Shown: piece by piece, positions 8,557 to 18,151 of the stretch
How positions within the stretch are numbered: the first letter of the stretch is position 1
Layout: each line of letters opens with the position of its first letter
Source: an uncultured bacterium
Lineage (GTDB): Bacteria; Auribacterota; Erginobacteria; Erginobacterales; Erginobacteraceae
Assembly (NCBI GenBank): GCA_963822585.1
Contig: CAWGIE010000011.1
Coordinates: 128,001-192,000 of the forward strand
Direction of reading: 5' to 3'
Length of the DNA stretch: 64,000 nt
Notes under the pieces: generated by a model
The model's input: only the letters and a program-made list of their open reading frames with translations
Told to the model about the DNA's origin: nothing
The model's database searches: none
Position numbers and translations under genes: made by a program

Positions 8557-9363
8557 TCAGAGTGAATTCCCCGCCACTTTCTGCCAGACGTAATGCCAGA
8601 AATCAAAGGCCCCCTCTATCTTCATCCGGAAATCCCGCAGATCGTCATCCCGGGAGATCTCGGTCCGGCGGAGGCGAAAATAATCATAGGGGGGACGGTT
8701 CAGCCCCGGGCGGACGGTTACCGCTCCCCGGTATCCGGCCGCCTTCACCCGGGCGGCGATCTCGACCGTGTGCTTGCCCCGGGGATAGGAGAACCAGTAC
8801 GGTCTTGCCCCCAATCTCTTCTCAATGATGGAGGCACTCTCCGCGATCTCCCTCCCCGCGGCAACCGCCGGCAATGCGGTAAGTTCTCGGTGGGTGACCG
8901 AATGGGACCCGACGGTGATCCGGTTCCTCTCCATCTCCGCCAGCATGGCCCAGGAGAGCGGAGCCGGGGGAACGGGGTGGGACCGATACCGTTCCGGAGC
9001 GATCGTGCCGTCAATAAATCCGGTGACGATAAAAACCGTGGCCGGGAGATTCCGTTCCTTCAGAACCGGGAAGACCGTCTGATAGAAATCCAGATAGCCG
9101 TCATCAAAGGTCAGGACCAACACACTCCTCCCCCCTTCCCTCTCGGAGAACGCCGCCGGGAGCGCCTCCACCCGACGCCCCCCCTCGACCAGATAATCCA
9201 TCTGTCGGGCAAACTCCCCGGGGGCAACGGAGAGGCGGTCCCCGGGGAGATCGCTTACCCGGTGGTACATGAGAATCCGGACCCCTCCTCCCCTCCGAAG
9301 GCACCGGGCCGGCCGGGAGAGGGCCGGGATGACCTTCCTCAGCAAGCGGCTACCCCTTCCCAT
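8557..9363 (-). CDS. Polysaccharide deacetylase (NodB/CE4-like)
   Basis: ILMYHRV, LTFDDGY, GSHSVTH, FSYPRG. Confidence 0.9.
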   Translation of the reverse strand: MGRGSRLLRKVIPALSRPARCLRRGGGVRILMYHRVSDLPGDRLSVAPGEFARQMDYLVEGGRRVEALPAAFSEREGGRSVLVLTFDDGYLDFYQTVFPVLKERNLPATVFIVTGFIDGTIAPERYRSHPVPPAPLSWAMLAEMERNRITVGSHSVTHRELTALPAVAAGREIAESASIIEKRLGARPYWFSYPRGKHTVEIAARVKAAGYRGAVTVRPGLNRPPYDYFRLRRTEISRDDDLRDFRMKIEGAFDFWHYVWQKVAGNSL

Positions 9364-10489
9364 GATCGCCTCCGTAAACCGCCGTGCCGGTCGCCGATCC
9401 CGCGGCCAGGAAGTACAGCTCCTCCATCTTCGCGCACATCCGGGCGGCGGAGAATTCGGCCGCCACCCGGCGGCGGGCCGCCTCCCCCAGCTCGGGAAGC
9501 AGGGCCGGATTCCTCAGTAATTCCGCCAGACGATCGGCAAGGGCGGCACTATCCCCCGCCGGCACCAGGAATCCGCTTTCTCCGTCGGCGATCGCCTCCG
9601 GATTGGCGCCGACCGTGGTGGCGATCACCGCCCTCCCGGCCGCCATCGCCTCCAGCAGGGCGTTGGAGAACCCCTCGGCGACGGAAGGCAGAACGAAGAT
9701 ATGCATCTTACGCAAAAACGAATCCGGGTTTTCAATCTCTCCCCGGAAGATAAGCCGGCCTTCAAGACCGAGCTTCCGTCCCAGTTCCCGGAGCCGCTCG
9801 TGATATCGTCGATCGAGCACCCGGCCGCCGACCTGCAGTTCCCAGGGGATTTCCCCGGGCAGGCGAGCGGCCGCCTCCAGCAGATACTCCAGCCCTTTGA
9901 CCGGGCGGATGTTACCGAGGGTCCCGATCTTGATCGTCTCCCCCGGGTCCGGAAGCCTTACCGCGGCGCCACCGGGGCTCACTTCTATTCCGTTATGGAC
10001 AAGAACGATCTTCTCCGGGCGGACCTTCTCCCGGCGGAGCAGGTAGGTTACCACCGCGCCGGAATTGGCGGTAATTTTGAATGAGAGCGGGTTGACCGCC
10101 CGGTGGGCCAGGAGGTGACGATCTTTCTTCCAGAAACCGGTATCCCGCCGGCTGGTGATCACCGGGATGCCGGAGAGGAAGCCGGCCGGGGGAGCAATGA
10201 TATTGGCCGCGAAGAGGTAGGAATGCACCACCGAGATCCGGTGACGGCGGATCTCCCCGCGCACCCCCGCGATTGCCCGGAAGAAACGCGGCCCCATGAT
10301 ATTCCGCAGGCCGAGCGAGTCCACCACCGTCCCCTCTCCCTCCAGTTCCTTCCCCCAAGGCCCTTTCTCCAGCAGACAGCAGACAACTGCCTGAAAACGG
10401 GCGGGATCCAGGCCCGAGATCAGCTGCCGGAGGTGTCTCTGGGCGCCCGCCCGGACCATCTTATCGATGACATAGAGGACCCTGATCAT
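9350..10489 (-). CDS. Glycosyltransferase family 4
   Basis: MIRVLYVIDKMVRAGAQ; PSVAEGFSNALLEAMAAG. Start moved to ATG 10489 because the longer N-terminus is read from a repeat. Confidence 0.9.
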   Translation of the reverse strand: MIRVLYVIDKMVRAGAQRHLRQLISGLDPARFQAVVCCLLEKGPWGKELEGEGTVVDSLGLRNIMGPRFFRAIAGVRGEIRRHRISVVHSYLFAANIIAPPAGFLSGIPVITSRRDTGFWKKDRHLLAHRAVNPLSFKITANSGAVVTYLLRREKVRPEKIVLVHNGIEVSPGGAAVRLPDPGETIKIGTLGNIRPVKGLEYLLEAAARLPGEIPWELQVGGRVLDRRYHERLRELGRKLGLEGRLIFRGEIENPDSFLRKMHIFVLPSVAEGFSNALLEAMAAGRAVIATTVGANPEAIADGESGFLVPAGDSAALADRLAELLRNPALLPELGEAARRRVAAEFSAARMCAKMEELYFLAAGSATGTAVYGGDHGKG

Positions 10490-10505
10490 AATTAAATCAA
10501 TTAAA

Positions 10506-10603
10506 ACCACGAAGAACACGAAGATCACGAAAATCTTTTTAAAGATGCTGAATCTTTATTTATTTTCCCAATTATTCTTCGTGTACTTCGTGTCCTTCGT
10601 GGT
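10506..10603. repeat. Element with inverted (CACGAAGnn)x3 arms, copy B
   Basis: ACCACGAAGAACACGAAGATCACGAA ... CTTCGTGTACTTCGTGTCCTTCGTGGT. Confidence 0.85.
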
Positions 10604-10611
10604 AAATTCCT

Positions 10612-11241
10612 TCATTTATTCCCTGTTTCAGCGGCTTCCAAGGAAACCCGGTTGTTTTGTTTGCGGTATTTCCTCCCGCACCGGGAACAGAGCGCTTTTT
10701 CATCATCGAAGGCCAGCCGGGTCCCGCAGGCGCAGACCCACCCCCTGACCACGGCCGGATTCCCGTAGACCAGGGCGTAAGCGGGGACATCCCGGGTGAC
10801 CACGGAACCGGCGCCGACGAAAGCGCAACGTCCGATCGTGTGGCCGCAGACAATGGTGGCGTTGGCCCCGATACTGGCCGATCTCCCGACCCGGGTCTTT
10901 TTATAAAATTCGCTCCCGCGCTGGGGAAACTCGCTCCGGGGGTTGAGAATGTTGGTAAAAACCATCGAGGGACCGCAGAAGACATAGTCTTCCAGTTCCA
11001 CCCCTTCGTAGATTGAAACGTTGTTCTGAATTTTTACCTGATCCCCGACCCGGACATTGGTGGCGATGTTGACGTTCTGTCCGATCGAGCAGTTCTTCCC
11101 GATCCGGGCGCCGGACTGGATATGACTGAAATGCCAGATCTTCGTCCCCTCCCCGATGACCGCTCCCTCGTCAACGTAGCTGGAAGGGTGAACATAATAA
11201 TCTACCGGTTGGGTGGGATCAGCACTTTCTGATTTCTTCAT
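10612..11241 (-). CDS. Hexapeptide-repeat N-acetyltransferase (WbpD/WlbB-like)
   Basis: IGEGTKIWHFSHI, KIQNNVSIYEGV, VFCGPSMVFTN, C-terminal CxC...CxxC. Confidence 0.88.
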   Translation of the reverse strand: MKKSESADPTQPVDYYVHPSSYVDEGAVIGEGTKIWHFSHIQSGARIGKNCSIGQNVNIATNVRVGDQVKIQNNVSIYEGVELEDYVFCGPSMVFTNILNPRSEFPQRGSEFYKKTRVGRSASIGANATIVCGHTIGRCAFVGAGSVVTRDVPAYALVYGNPAVVRGWVCACGTRLAFDDEKALCSRCGRKYRKQNNRVSLEAAETGNK

Positions 11242-11375
11242 CGATTTCTCCCTTCTATAAAAATTCCAAATTCCAAGCACCTCAGCCAAAGGCCGAGGTG
11301 CTTGAGATTTGGGATTTTATATCAATATCAAATCCATGTTGATATTTCTTTTTCGCCATAATGATGACCATGATC

Positions 11376-12380
11376 TTATAATTCTACCGTCACCCCTCCT
11401 TCCTCCAGCGACCTTTGAGCCGCCTCCAGCACCTTCACCACCATGTAGCCGTTTTCACCGTCGGTCAGGGGACGCCGGCGCTCCTGCACGCAGCGAATGA
11501 AATGTCCGGTCTCCGCCTGCAGGGGTTCTCCGGCCTTCACCCAGGGTATCTGCACGTCTCCATAGCGCAGATTCAGATATTCCCCATACGTGTCATAGGC
11601 GAGGTTCTCGGGCACTCCCTTATCGTAAATCCTGATCGGCTCGCTGCTGTCCATGTCGTCGAAGACCATCATCTTCCTGCTCCCGACAATGGTCACGCGT
11701 CTGATTTTATGGGGGTCGAGCCAGCTGACATGAAGATGAGCCATAATCCGGTCGGGAAAAGTTATGGTGATGAAAGCCACATCAGCCACATTGTCCTGAA
11801 TATACGACTCTCCCCGCGCGGAAACCGAGCGGGGTTCCCGGTCGATGAGGTAGAGGGCGACCGACACATCGTGGGGAGCAAAAGTCCAGAGAGCGTTCTC
11901 GCTCCGCCGGATCTTCCCCAGGTTGACCCGCTGGCTGTAGAGATAATAAAGATCCCCGATGGTACCGCCGCTGAGTTCTTCTTTTAATTTGATGACCGCG
12001 GGATGATACAGCAGGAGATGCCCGACCATCAGAATCAATTCCCGTTTCTGAGCCTGTTCACAGAGTTCCCGGCACTCGGCGGCGGTCAGCCCCATCGGCT
12101 TCTCCACGAAAACGTCTTTACCGGCCGCCAGGCAGTCCCGGGCGATCCGGCAGTGGGTACTTCCCGGCGTGGCCACCACCACCGCCCGAATGGAAGGGTC
12201 ACTCAAGATCCGTCCGTAGTCGGCGGTGACCTCCATCCCGGGATACTTCGCGCGGGCGGCGTCCAGCCGGGATTCCACCAGATCGGCGGCGATAACGACT
12301 TCCGCGCCGGGCTGTTCCTGAAAATTCCTCAGCAGATTCTTTCCCCAACCGCCGACACCGATAATCCCTAATTTAATCAT
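11376..12380 (-). CDS. Gfo/Idh/MocA family oxidoreductase (probable NDP-sugar 3-dehydrogenase)
   Basis: GIIGVGGWGKN Rossmann motif; VFVEKP; APHD. Confidence 0.88.
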   Translation of the reverse strand: MIKLGIIGVGGWGKNLLRNFQEQPGAEVVIAADLVESRLDAARAKYPGMEVTADYGRILSDPSIRAVVVATPGSTHCRIARDCLAAGKDVFVEKPMGLTAAECRELCEQAQKRELILMVGHLLLYHPAVIKLKEELSGGTIGDLYYLYSQRVNLGKIRRSENALWTFAPHDVSVALYLIDREPRSVSARGESYIQDNVADVAFITITFPDRIMAHLHVSWLDPHKIRRVTIVGSRKMMVFDDMDSSEPIRIYDKGVPENLAYDTYGEYLNLRYGDVQIPWVKAGEPLQAETGHFIRCVQERRRPLTDGENGYMVVKVLEAAQRSLEEGGVTVEL

Positions 12381-12405
12381 TATTTTCTCCTTAACGGCTG
12401 ACTAT

Positions 12406-12553
12406 ACCATGAAGGACATGAAGAACATGAAGAAACGAGAAAAGAAAATCAATGAAGGAATGTACCACGAAGGGCACGAAGTGCACGAAGAATTATTGGG
12501 GATACGGAAGATGATTTATTTTGTTTTTTAATCATCTTCGTGATCTTCGTGGT
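12406..12553. repeat. Element with inverted (CACGAAGnn) arms, copy C (two left arms)
   Basis: ACCATGAAGGACATGAAGAACATGAAG at 12406 and ACCACGAAGGGCACGAAGTGCACGAAG at 12464; right arm CTTCGTGATCTTCGTGGT. Confidence 0.85.
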
Positions 12554-12596
12554 TTAATTATTTTTCAATATGACTGATTTCGCGAACAGCATACTA

Positions 12597-13844
12597 TTAC
12601 CGAGGGTGATGGGATGAGAAGAGAGCCACGATCTGCCGACTGGTCACCCGGATGTCCCATAACCGTTCTATCTTCTTCCTGCCGGATCGGCCGAGATTTT
12701 TCAGCAATTCGGCATCTCCACCGACCCTCTTCACCAGTTCGGCGATGGCATCGGGATCTTTTTCGGGGATGATGAAACCGCAGGGCGGGTCATCGATCAG
12801 TTCCGGCAACGACGGGAGCGGGGTGCAGGCAACCGGAACGCCGACAGCCAATGCCTCCAGCAAAACGTTGGGGATCCCCCAGTGAATCTTGAGCACGGCG
12901 GGGAGAATAAAAATATCGGCCCACCGGTAATGTCGCGGCATATCCTCCTGGGCCTGGTAACCCGTGAAGGTGATGTGCCTCTCCAGGTTCTTTTCCCTGA
13001 CCAGGGTTCGCAGTTTCTCTTCCAGATACCCTCCCCCGACAATGCGGCAGTGAAATTCAAACTTCTCCGCCGCCAGAAGGGCGCAGGCATCGATCAGATA
13101 TTCAAATCCCTTGCATTCGAAGAGGCTGCCCACGGAGAGAAGATGAAACATCCGCGGAGGGGAGGACTCCTCCCTCCCCCCCTCCTCCGGGCGGGGCAGG
13201 ACGTCCTTCAACCGATAGTTATCCAGGTCGATCCCGTGATAGACGACCCTCACCTTCTCCGGGCTGATCTCCGGGGCAAGGTCCAGAAGATACCGTTTGT
13301 TATCGGCCGTGCAGGTAATCACAAAAGCCGCCCGGCGCAGCTTGAACCCCAGCCCGACGGTCTTGACGTGAATATCATGGGCATGCCCGGTGAAGCTGAA
13401 GGGGATCCCGTTGATCCGGGAGATACAGAAGGCCGTCAGGGCCGGATAGGTGGCCCACTGGCCGTGAACGTGCTCGATGCCGCGCTTCCGGCAGACAGAG
13501 GCGAAGTATATTGCCTGGGGGATACAAGCGAGGGACTTCCAGAGAAACTCGGCATCCCCCCGATTCATCCTGAACACGGAAAAAACCATCCCCCCGAAAA
13601 CCCGGGGACGGGTACATAAAAGTCGCAGGGTTTCCCCCAGGACTTTCCGGTCGAAAAGGAACCCGGAATAGACCGCCCTCTCCGCCAGCCGATTGCCGAT
13701 GGCGTGGCGGACGGGTTCCCGCCCGCTCTTCTTCAGGGAAAAAACGGCCAGATCCAGCAGCCGGTCAAGGGCCACCATCTCCCGGAGGATAAAAACCTCG
13801 TCGTAGCAGGGGAACCGGGAGAAGATCATGGCGACTTTCTTCAT
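12597..13844 (-). CDS. Glycosyltransferase family 4 (WcaL-like)
   Basis: EVFILREM, FSFTGHAHDI, GIPNVLLEALAVG. Confidence 0.88.
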   Translation of the reverse strand: MKKVAMIFSRFPCYDEVFILREMVALDRLLDLAVFSLKKSGREPVRHAIGNRLAERAVYSGFLFDRKVLGETLRLLCTRPRVFGGMVFSVFRMNRGDAEFLWKSLACIPQAIYFASVCRKRGIEHVHGQWATYPALTAFCISRINGIPFSFTGHAHDIHVKTVGLGFKLRRAAFVITCTADNKRYLLDLAPEISPEKVRVVYHGIDLDNYRLKDVLPRPEEGGREESSPPRMFHLLSVGSLFECKGFEYLIDACALLAAEKFEFHCRIVGGGYLEEKLRTLVREKNLERHITFTGYQAQEDMPRHYRWADIFILPAVLKIHWGIPNVLLEALAVGVPVACTPLPSLPELIDDPPCGFIIPEKDPDAIAELVKRVGGDAELLKNLGRSGRKKIERLWDIRVTSRQIVALFSSHHPR

Positions 13845-13880
13845 AGAACTTAGCCCTCGCTTCGCTCGGGCGAATAAATA

Positions 13881-13910
13881 AAACTACGAATTACGCGAAT
13901 TACACGAATT
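13881..13910. repeat. 9-bp-period CGAATT microsatellite arm, copy 2
   Basis: AAACTACGAATTACGCGAATTACACGAATT. Confidence 0.8.
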
Positions 13911-13955
13911 TTCTTTAAAATATCCCTGCACTGTCGGTTCAATGCTTGCACATTC

Positions 13956-15461
13956 CTATTTTTTCCGGGCGGCAAAAAGAACAGACATCAGTATCTCCTG
14001 ATCCGTCCGATCGAAGCTTTTGAAGAAAAAGAGAAGCAGGCCGTAAAAGACCGCGCTGGAGGCGAGGACCACCCCCGCCGGGAGATCCAGGATCCCCTCC
14101 CACCGGATCAAGCCGCCCGTGAGAAGGGCGGCGGCGGCGGGGCGGATCCATCTGCGAAAAATAAAAACCTGCCCGTATTCCCGGTAAAGAACCAAACTGA
14201 GAACGATCACGGTAAAGAACTGGGCGATGATCAGAGCGATCGGACCTCCCGTAACCCCGATCAGCCGGATCCCGACCCCGGCGGTCGAATTTCCGATCAC
14301 GATCGGAGCGGCGGATCGGGAGAGAAGGGTGGTAAAAAAGAATGCCGCCAAAGCGTTAATCAGAGCGCTGCAACCAACGATCAGGGCAAAGCTCCATTCC
14401 CTCCGGCAGGCGACCATCGCGTTATAGAGCAGGTAGTTCTGAAACATGAGAACAAAGACCGGTCCCAACATTTTCAGAACCGGGACGGCGTCCAGGTATT
14501 CCGGGCCGAACATGATCAATATCAGCTCGTCACCTAAAAATATGCAGTAGAGAGCGACCGGCAGGGAGAGCATGAAAAGATATCTGCTCATCCTCCGATA
14601 GAGGGAGGTCAACCCCGGACGGTCGGTCAGGTGAAGGCGGGAGAGAACGGGGAAGACGGCCCCCATGATGGCGATGATAACCGTGCTTTCCAGGGCCATA
14701 TAGGGGAGGACCGCCGCGCTGTAATACCCGGCACCGGACGAGCCGACCGTTTTCTGAATGATGATCCTGGTCACCTCGTGGTAGGAATTGAAAAAGATGG
14801 CCAGGGCCAGGGGGAGACCGGCGAAGACAAGGCGGGGAGCAAGAGACATATCCACGGAGAGGGGAGAATCCGGGAACTTTTTCCGCGTCAGGACCCAGGA
14901 AAATAGAACGTAGGCGGCGGCCGAGAAGAGATAAATGGCGGAGATCCGCAAAACACCCCAGGAGAGATAGATGGCCAGGAAGACCAGAAGCATGAGGAGA
15001 ATATCCTTGCAGGCATTAATCAGCGCCTCATACCCCATCTTTTCGTGGGTGCGAAACTGGATAACAAAACTCTCCCCCAGGGAAGAGAGAATATAGATCC
15101 CGAGGGCGATGAAGACCAGCCAGGCTATCTCGGCGTGATACCCGAGGCCATAGACCAGCAGCACGGCGACCAGAATGCTGACGAGGGAAAACGCGGCATT
15201 CAGCACGAGCACGGTCCCCAGATAACGCCCCGCCGCAGCCGGTTTGACGATACACTCCCGGATGGCGATCTTGCTCAACCCGAGAGAACTCAGGATAGTC
15301 AGAAGGGCGCAGAGTGAGCGGGCGACAGTCCAGTTACCGTAATGGATCTGTCCCAGATAACGGGCCAGCACAACCCCGAGCACGATGGAGACCAGAAGGC
15401 GGATGCCCCGGCCGAAAAACAGAGCCGCCGTGTTGCCGGCAATTCGTTGCACTTCACTCAT
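13956..15461 (-). CDS. wzx: Polysaccharide flippase (Wzx/MOP family)
   Basis: RIAGNTAAL...LARYLGQIHYG; many TM helices; AGYYSAA; sits in a glycosyltransferase cluster. Confidence 0.88.
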   Translation of the reverse strand: MSEVQRIAGNTAALFFGRGIRLLVSIVLGVVLARYLGQIHYGNWTVARSLCALLTILSSLGLSKIAIRECIVKPAAAGRYLGTVLVLNAAFSLVSILVAVLLVYGLGYHAEIAWLVFIALGIYILSSLGESFVIQFRTHEKMGYEALINACKDILLMLLVFLAIYLSWGVLRISAIYLFSAAAYVLFSWVLTRKKFPDSPLSVDMSLAPRLVFAGLPLALAIFFNSYHEVTRIIIQKTVGSSGAGYYSAAVLPYMALESTVIIAIMGAVFPVLSRLHLTDRPGLTSLYRRMSRYLFMLSLPVALYCIFLGDELILIMFGPEYLDAVPVLKMLGPVFVLMFQNYLLYNAMVACRREWSFALIVGCSALINALAAFFFTTLLSRSAAPIVIGNSTAGVGIRLIGVTGGPIALIIAQFFTVIVLSLVLYREYGQVFIFRRWIRPAAAALLTGGLIRWEGILDLPAGVVLASSAVFYGLLLFFFKSFDRTDQEILMSVLFAARKK

Positions 15462-15492
15462 GAGCGTTGCTCAAACGGGAATAGATTTCACT

Positions 15493-15543
15493 TAACCTGG
15501 ATTATTCATGAAAATTTTCAATTTTCATGAATAATCCAGGTTA
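15493..15543. repeat. Perfect palindrome, 24-bp arms, TTC/GAA loop
   Basis: TAACCTGGATTATTCATGAAAATT-TTC-AATTTTCATGAATAATCCAGGTTA. Confidence 0.9.
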
Positions 15544-15703
15544 TTATCTTAAGTTCAATATAGTTATGTGTTGTAATCCCGGTTATGAGGCTGCAGCATA
15601 CTGTTTTTTCTTAACCGATAGGCCAACGTCTTATTCCTATTCGCAACAACGCGATAAATAATAAATATTCGCCGATAAGTGTTTGCCCAAGAGCATACTA
15701 TGG

Positions 15704-17056
15704 TTATTGCCTTATATCATTTATATTCATTCCGGCTCTGGCGTTTTTCAACATAACCCGATTATGAATAAATCGGGTTAAGGCGACCGCCGCGAACAGG
15801 AAAAAAACGGGCATGACGGGCAGCCGGTATCGTCCCTCGGGCGGAAAGACCATGTGAATAACCGTAAAATTCATGATCAGGAGAATAAGGGGAACGGTTA
15901 TTTTCCAGTGCTCCCGGACCAGCCAAAAACCGGCGCCGGCCAGAACGATGATCCCCCAGAAAGGGATGAGCAAAACAGGGCGATGATAATGTCCGTCCAG
16001 ATGATAAAACCAGGCCAACCGCCGCCAGCAAAGGCGGAAAAACCGCGGCGGCGAGGCAACGATAAAGGCGACCGCCCGCCGGCCGTATTCCCGATTATAG
16101 GACAGTTCGTCCTCTTCATCCCCCGGATGGTAGACCCCTGCATTCAGATAATAGCTGATGCTGACTGTCCCGCCCGTGGCCAAGGGGTTGTTGGCCAGAT
16201 AAAGGATATTGCCGGCCTGGGTGGTAATGGGGACGATCCGATGAAAAAGCCGGTAATTTCTGATTCCCCAGGGAGCGATCACCAGTATGAGAGGTAACAG
16301 ATAACTGACCAGGCGCCGGAATCGAAGATCCGGCCGCACAAACACTATCCAGAGAGGGATGACAAAGGCAAACGGCATCAATGTCGGACGGCAGAGCATC
16401 CCCAGTCCGAAAAAGATCGCCGCCCCCCCCAGCCAATAATACATTCCCCGCCCCGCGATACCGCGGAAAAGACAGTACATCCCGGAGAGAAGAAGAAACA
16501 GAAAGACCGTTTCGGTCATCACCTGTCGGCCATACCAGATCGCGGGGGGGTATACGGCCAGAAACAGAGCCGCAATCACTCCCAGACTGTTCGCGTGCCG
16601 GGGGAACGCCGCGCGGGCGATTCCCATCAGCCAGAGACAGGATCCGGCGCCGAGAAAAGCCTGCGCCAACCGGATATCCCTGATCGATCCTAGGCCTATC
16701 CGCTGCAGTCCGGCCAGAAAGACGGGATAGAGGGGAGGGAAGGAAGCCTCTCGATACCGATTGAGGATAATGCCTTTCCCCTCCAGGATATTGGAGGCGA
16801 TCGCCCGGTAGACGGCTTCGTCCGGATCGGACAGTTCCCCCGGCCCGGTTAACCCATAGATCAGCCGAATCGTCAGTGCCGCAATGAAAACTGCCGCCGG
16901 CCAGAAATATTTTCTCGGACGGAAAGCCGGCCTTAATAATGGCTTTCGACGCGGTTCGAGCGCCGGGGGGCCGGATGCGAGGTCCGGCGAGACGGGAGAT
17001 GCCAGCCGCATCATTTTAATTCGCTGGCCGGTGACAGGCTGGGCGTCAGAGATCAT
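15704..17056 (-). CDS. GT-C fold membrane glycosyltransferase (GT39/ArnT-like)
   Basis: DPDEAVYRAIASNILEG, PPLYPVFLA, MTETVF, PWGIRNY, RYRLP. Confidence 0.8.
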   Translation of the reverse strand: MISDAQPVTGQRIKMMRLASPVSPDLASGPPALEPRRKPLLRPAFRPRKYFWPAAVFIAALTIRLIYGLTGPGELSDPDEAVYRAIASNILEGKGIILNRYREASFPPLYPVFLAGLQRIGLGSIRDIRLAQAFLGAGSCLWLMGIARAAFPRHANSLGVIAALFLAVYPPAIWYGRQVMTETVFLFLLLSGMYCLFRGIAGRGMYYWLGGAAIFFGLGMLCRPTLMPFAFVIPLWIVFVRPDLRFRRLVSYLLPLILVIAPWGIRNYRLFHRIVPITTQAGNILYLANNPLATGGTVSISYYLNAGVYHPGDEEDELSYNREYGRRAVAFIVASPPRFFRLCWRRLAWFYHLDGHYHRPVLLIPFWGIIVLAGAGFWLVREHWKITVPLILLIMNFTVIHMVFPPEGRYRLPVMPVFFLFAAVALTRFIHNRVMLKNARAGMNINDIRQ

Positions 17057-17071
17057 TACTCGGAGAGGCTC

Positions 17072-18142
17072 CTAGACCGCGCCTTTCTTTATTTCATCAA
17101 TCAGGGCGTCCACTGCCTCGGAAACGGGAAAGCGTCCGATCAGCTGCCCTCTTTTGAAAAGGAGGGCGCTCTCTTTTCCCCCCGCGATGCCGAGGGAGGC
17201 CAGGCGGGCTTCGCCCGGGCCGTTGACTTCACACCCCATCACCGCTATTTTCAGGCCGGACAGCCTGTCCAGACCGGGTAAGGCGGCGATCCGGTTCTCG
17301 ACCTCCCCGAGCAGAGCCAGGAGATCGACCCGGGTGCGGCCGCAGGTCGGGCAGCTGACGATGACGGGACCGAAGCTCCTCAACCCCAGGGTCTGCAGAA
17401 TTTCTTTCCCTACCCGCACTTCCCGGACGGGATCGGCGCTCAGGGAGACCCGGATGGTATCGCCGATCCCCTCCAGAAGGAGCATGGAGATCCCGATCGC
17501 GGAACGGACCGTACCCGGGACCGGCGGGCCGGCCTCGGTGATCCCGATGTGAAGGGGATAATCGGTGGCGCGGGAAAGAAGCCGGTAGGCCTCCCGGGCG
17601 GTAAAAACATCGAATGCCTTCACCGATATCTTGATTTCCCCGTACCCCTCTTTCTCGATTACCGCCACTTCCTTGAGCGCGCTCTCGACCAGGGTCCGGG
17701 GGGTGGGGCCGCCGTATTTATCCATCATCTCTTTGCTCAGGGACCCCTCGTTCACGCCGACCCGGATGGGAATAGTCCTTTCCCGGCAGGCCCGAACGAC
17801 TTCCCTGACCTTTGCGGCCGTCCCGATGTTCCCCGGGTTGATCCGCAGGCCGGCCACCCCTCCCGCGATCGCGGCCAGGGCCAGGCGGTGATCGAAGTGG
17901 ATATCGGCGATCACCGGGATCGGGGAATCCCGGCAGACGGCCGGGATGGCGGCGGCGGCGGCCTGGTCGGGGACCGCCACCCGGACAATCTCGCACCCGG
18001 CGGCGGCCAGGAGGGCGATCTGCCCCCCGGTCGCGGCCGCGTCCCGGGTGTCGGTCTTGGTCATCGATTGGACGGTAACGGGGGCCCCTCCCCCGACGGG
18101 GACCTCTCCCACCATGATTTGCCGAGTATGATGTCTCTTCAA
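17072..18142 (-). CDS. ispG: (E)-4-hydroxy-3-methylbut-2-enyl diphosphate synthase
   Basis: VQSMTKTDT, ADIHFD, RINPGN, SCPTCGR, MGCEVNGPGEA; TTG start. Confidence 0.97.
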   Translation of the reverse strand: MKRHHTRQIMVGEVPVGGGAPVTVQSMTKTDTRDAAATGGQIALLAAAGCEIVRVAVPDQAAAAAIPAVCRDSPIPVIADIHFDHRLALAAIAGGVAGLRINPGNIGTAAKVREVVRACRERTIPIRVGVNEGSLSKEMMDKYGGPTPRTLVESALKEVAVIEKEGYGEIKISVKAFDVFTAREAYRLLSRATDYPLHIGITEAGPPVPGTVRSAIGISMLLLEGIGDTIRVSLSADPVREVRVGKEILQTLGLRSFGPVIVSCPTCGRTRVDLLALLGEVENRIAALPGLDRLSGLKIAVMGCEVNGPGEARLASLGIAGGKESALLFKRGQLIGRFPVSEAVDALIDEIKKGAV

Positions 18143-18151
18143 ATTATTGCT

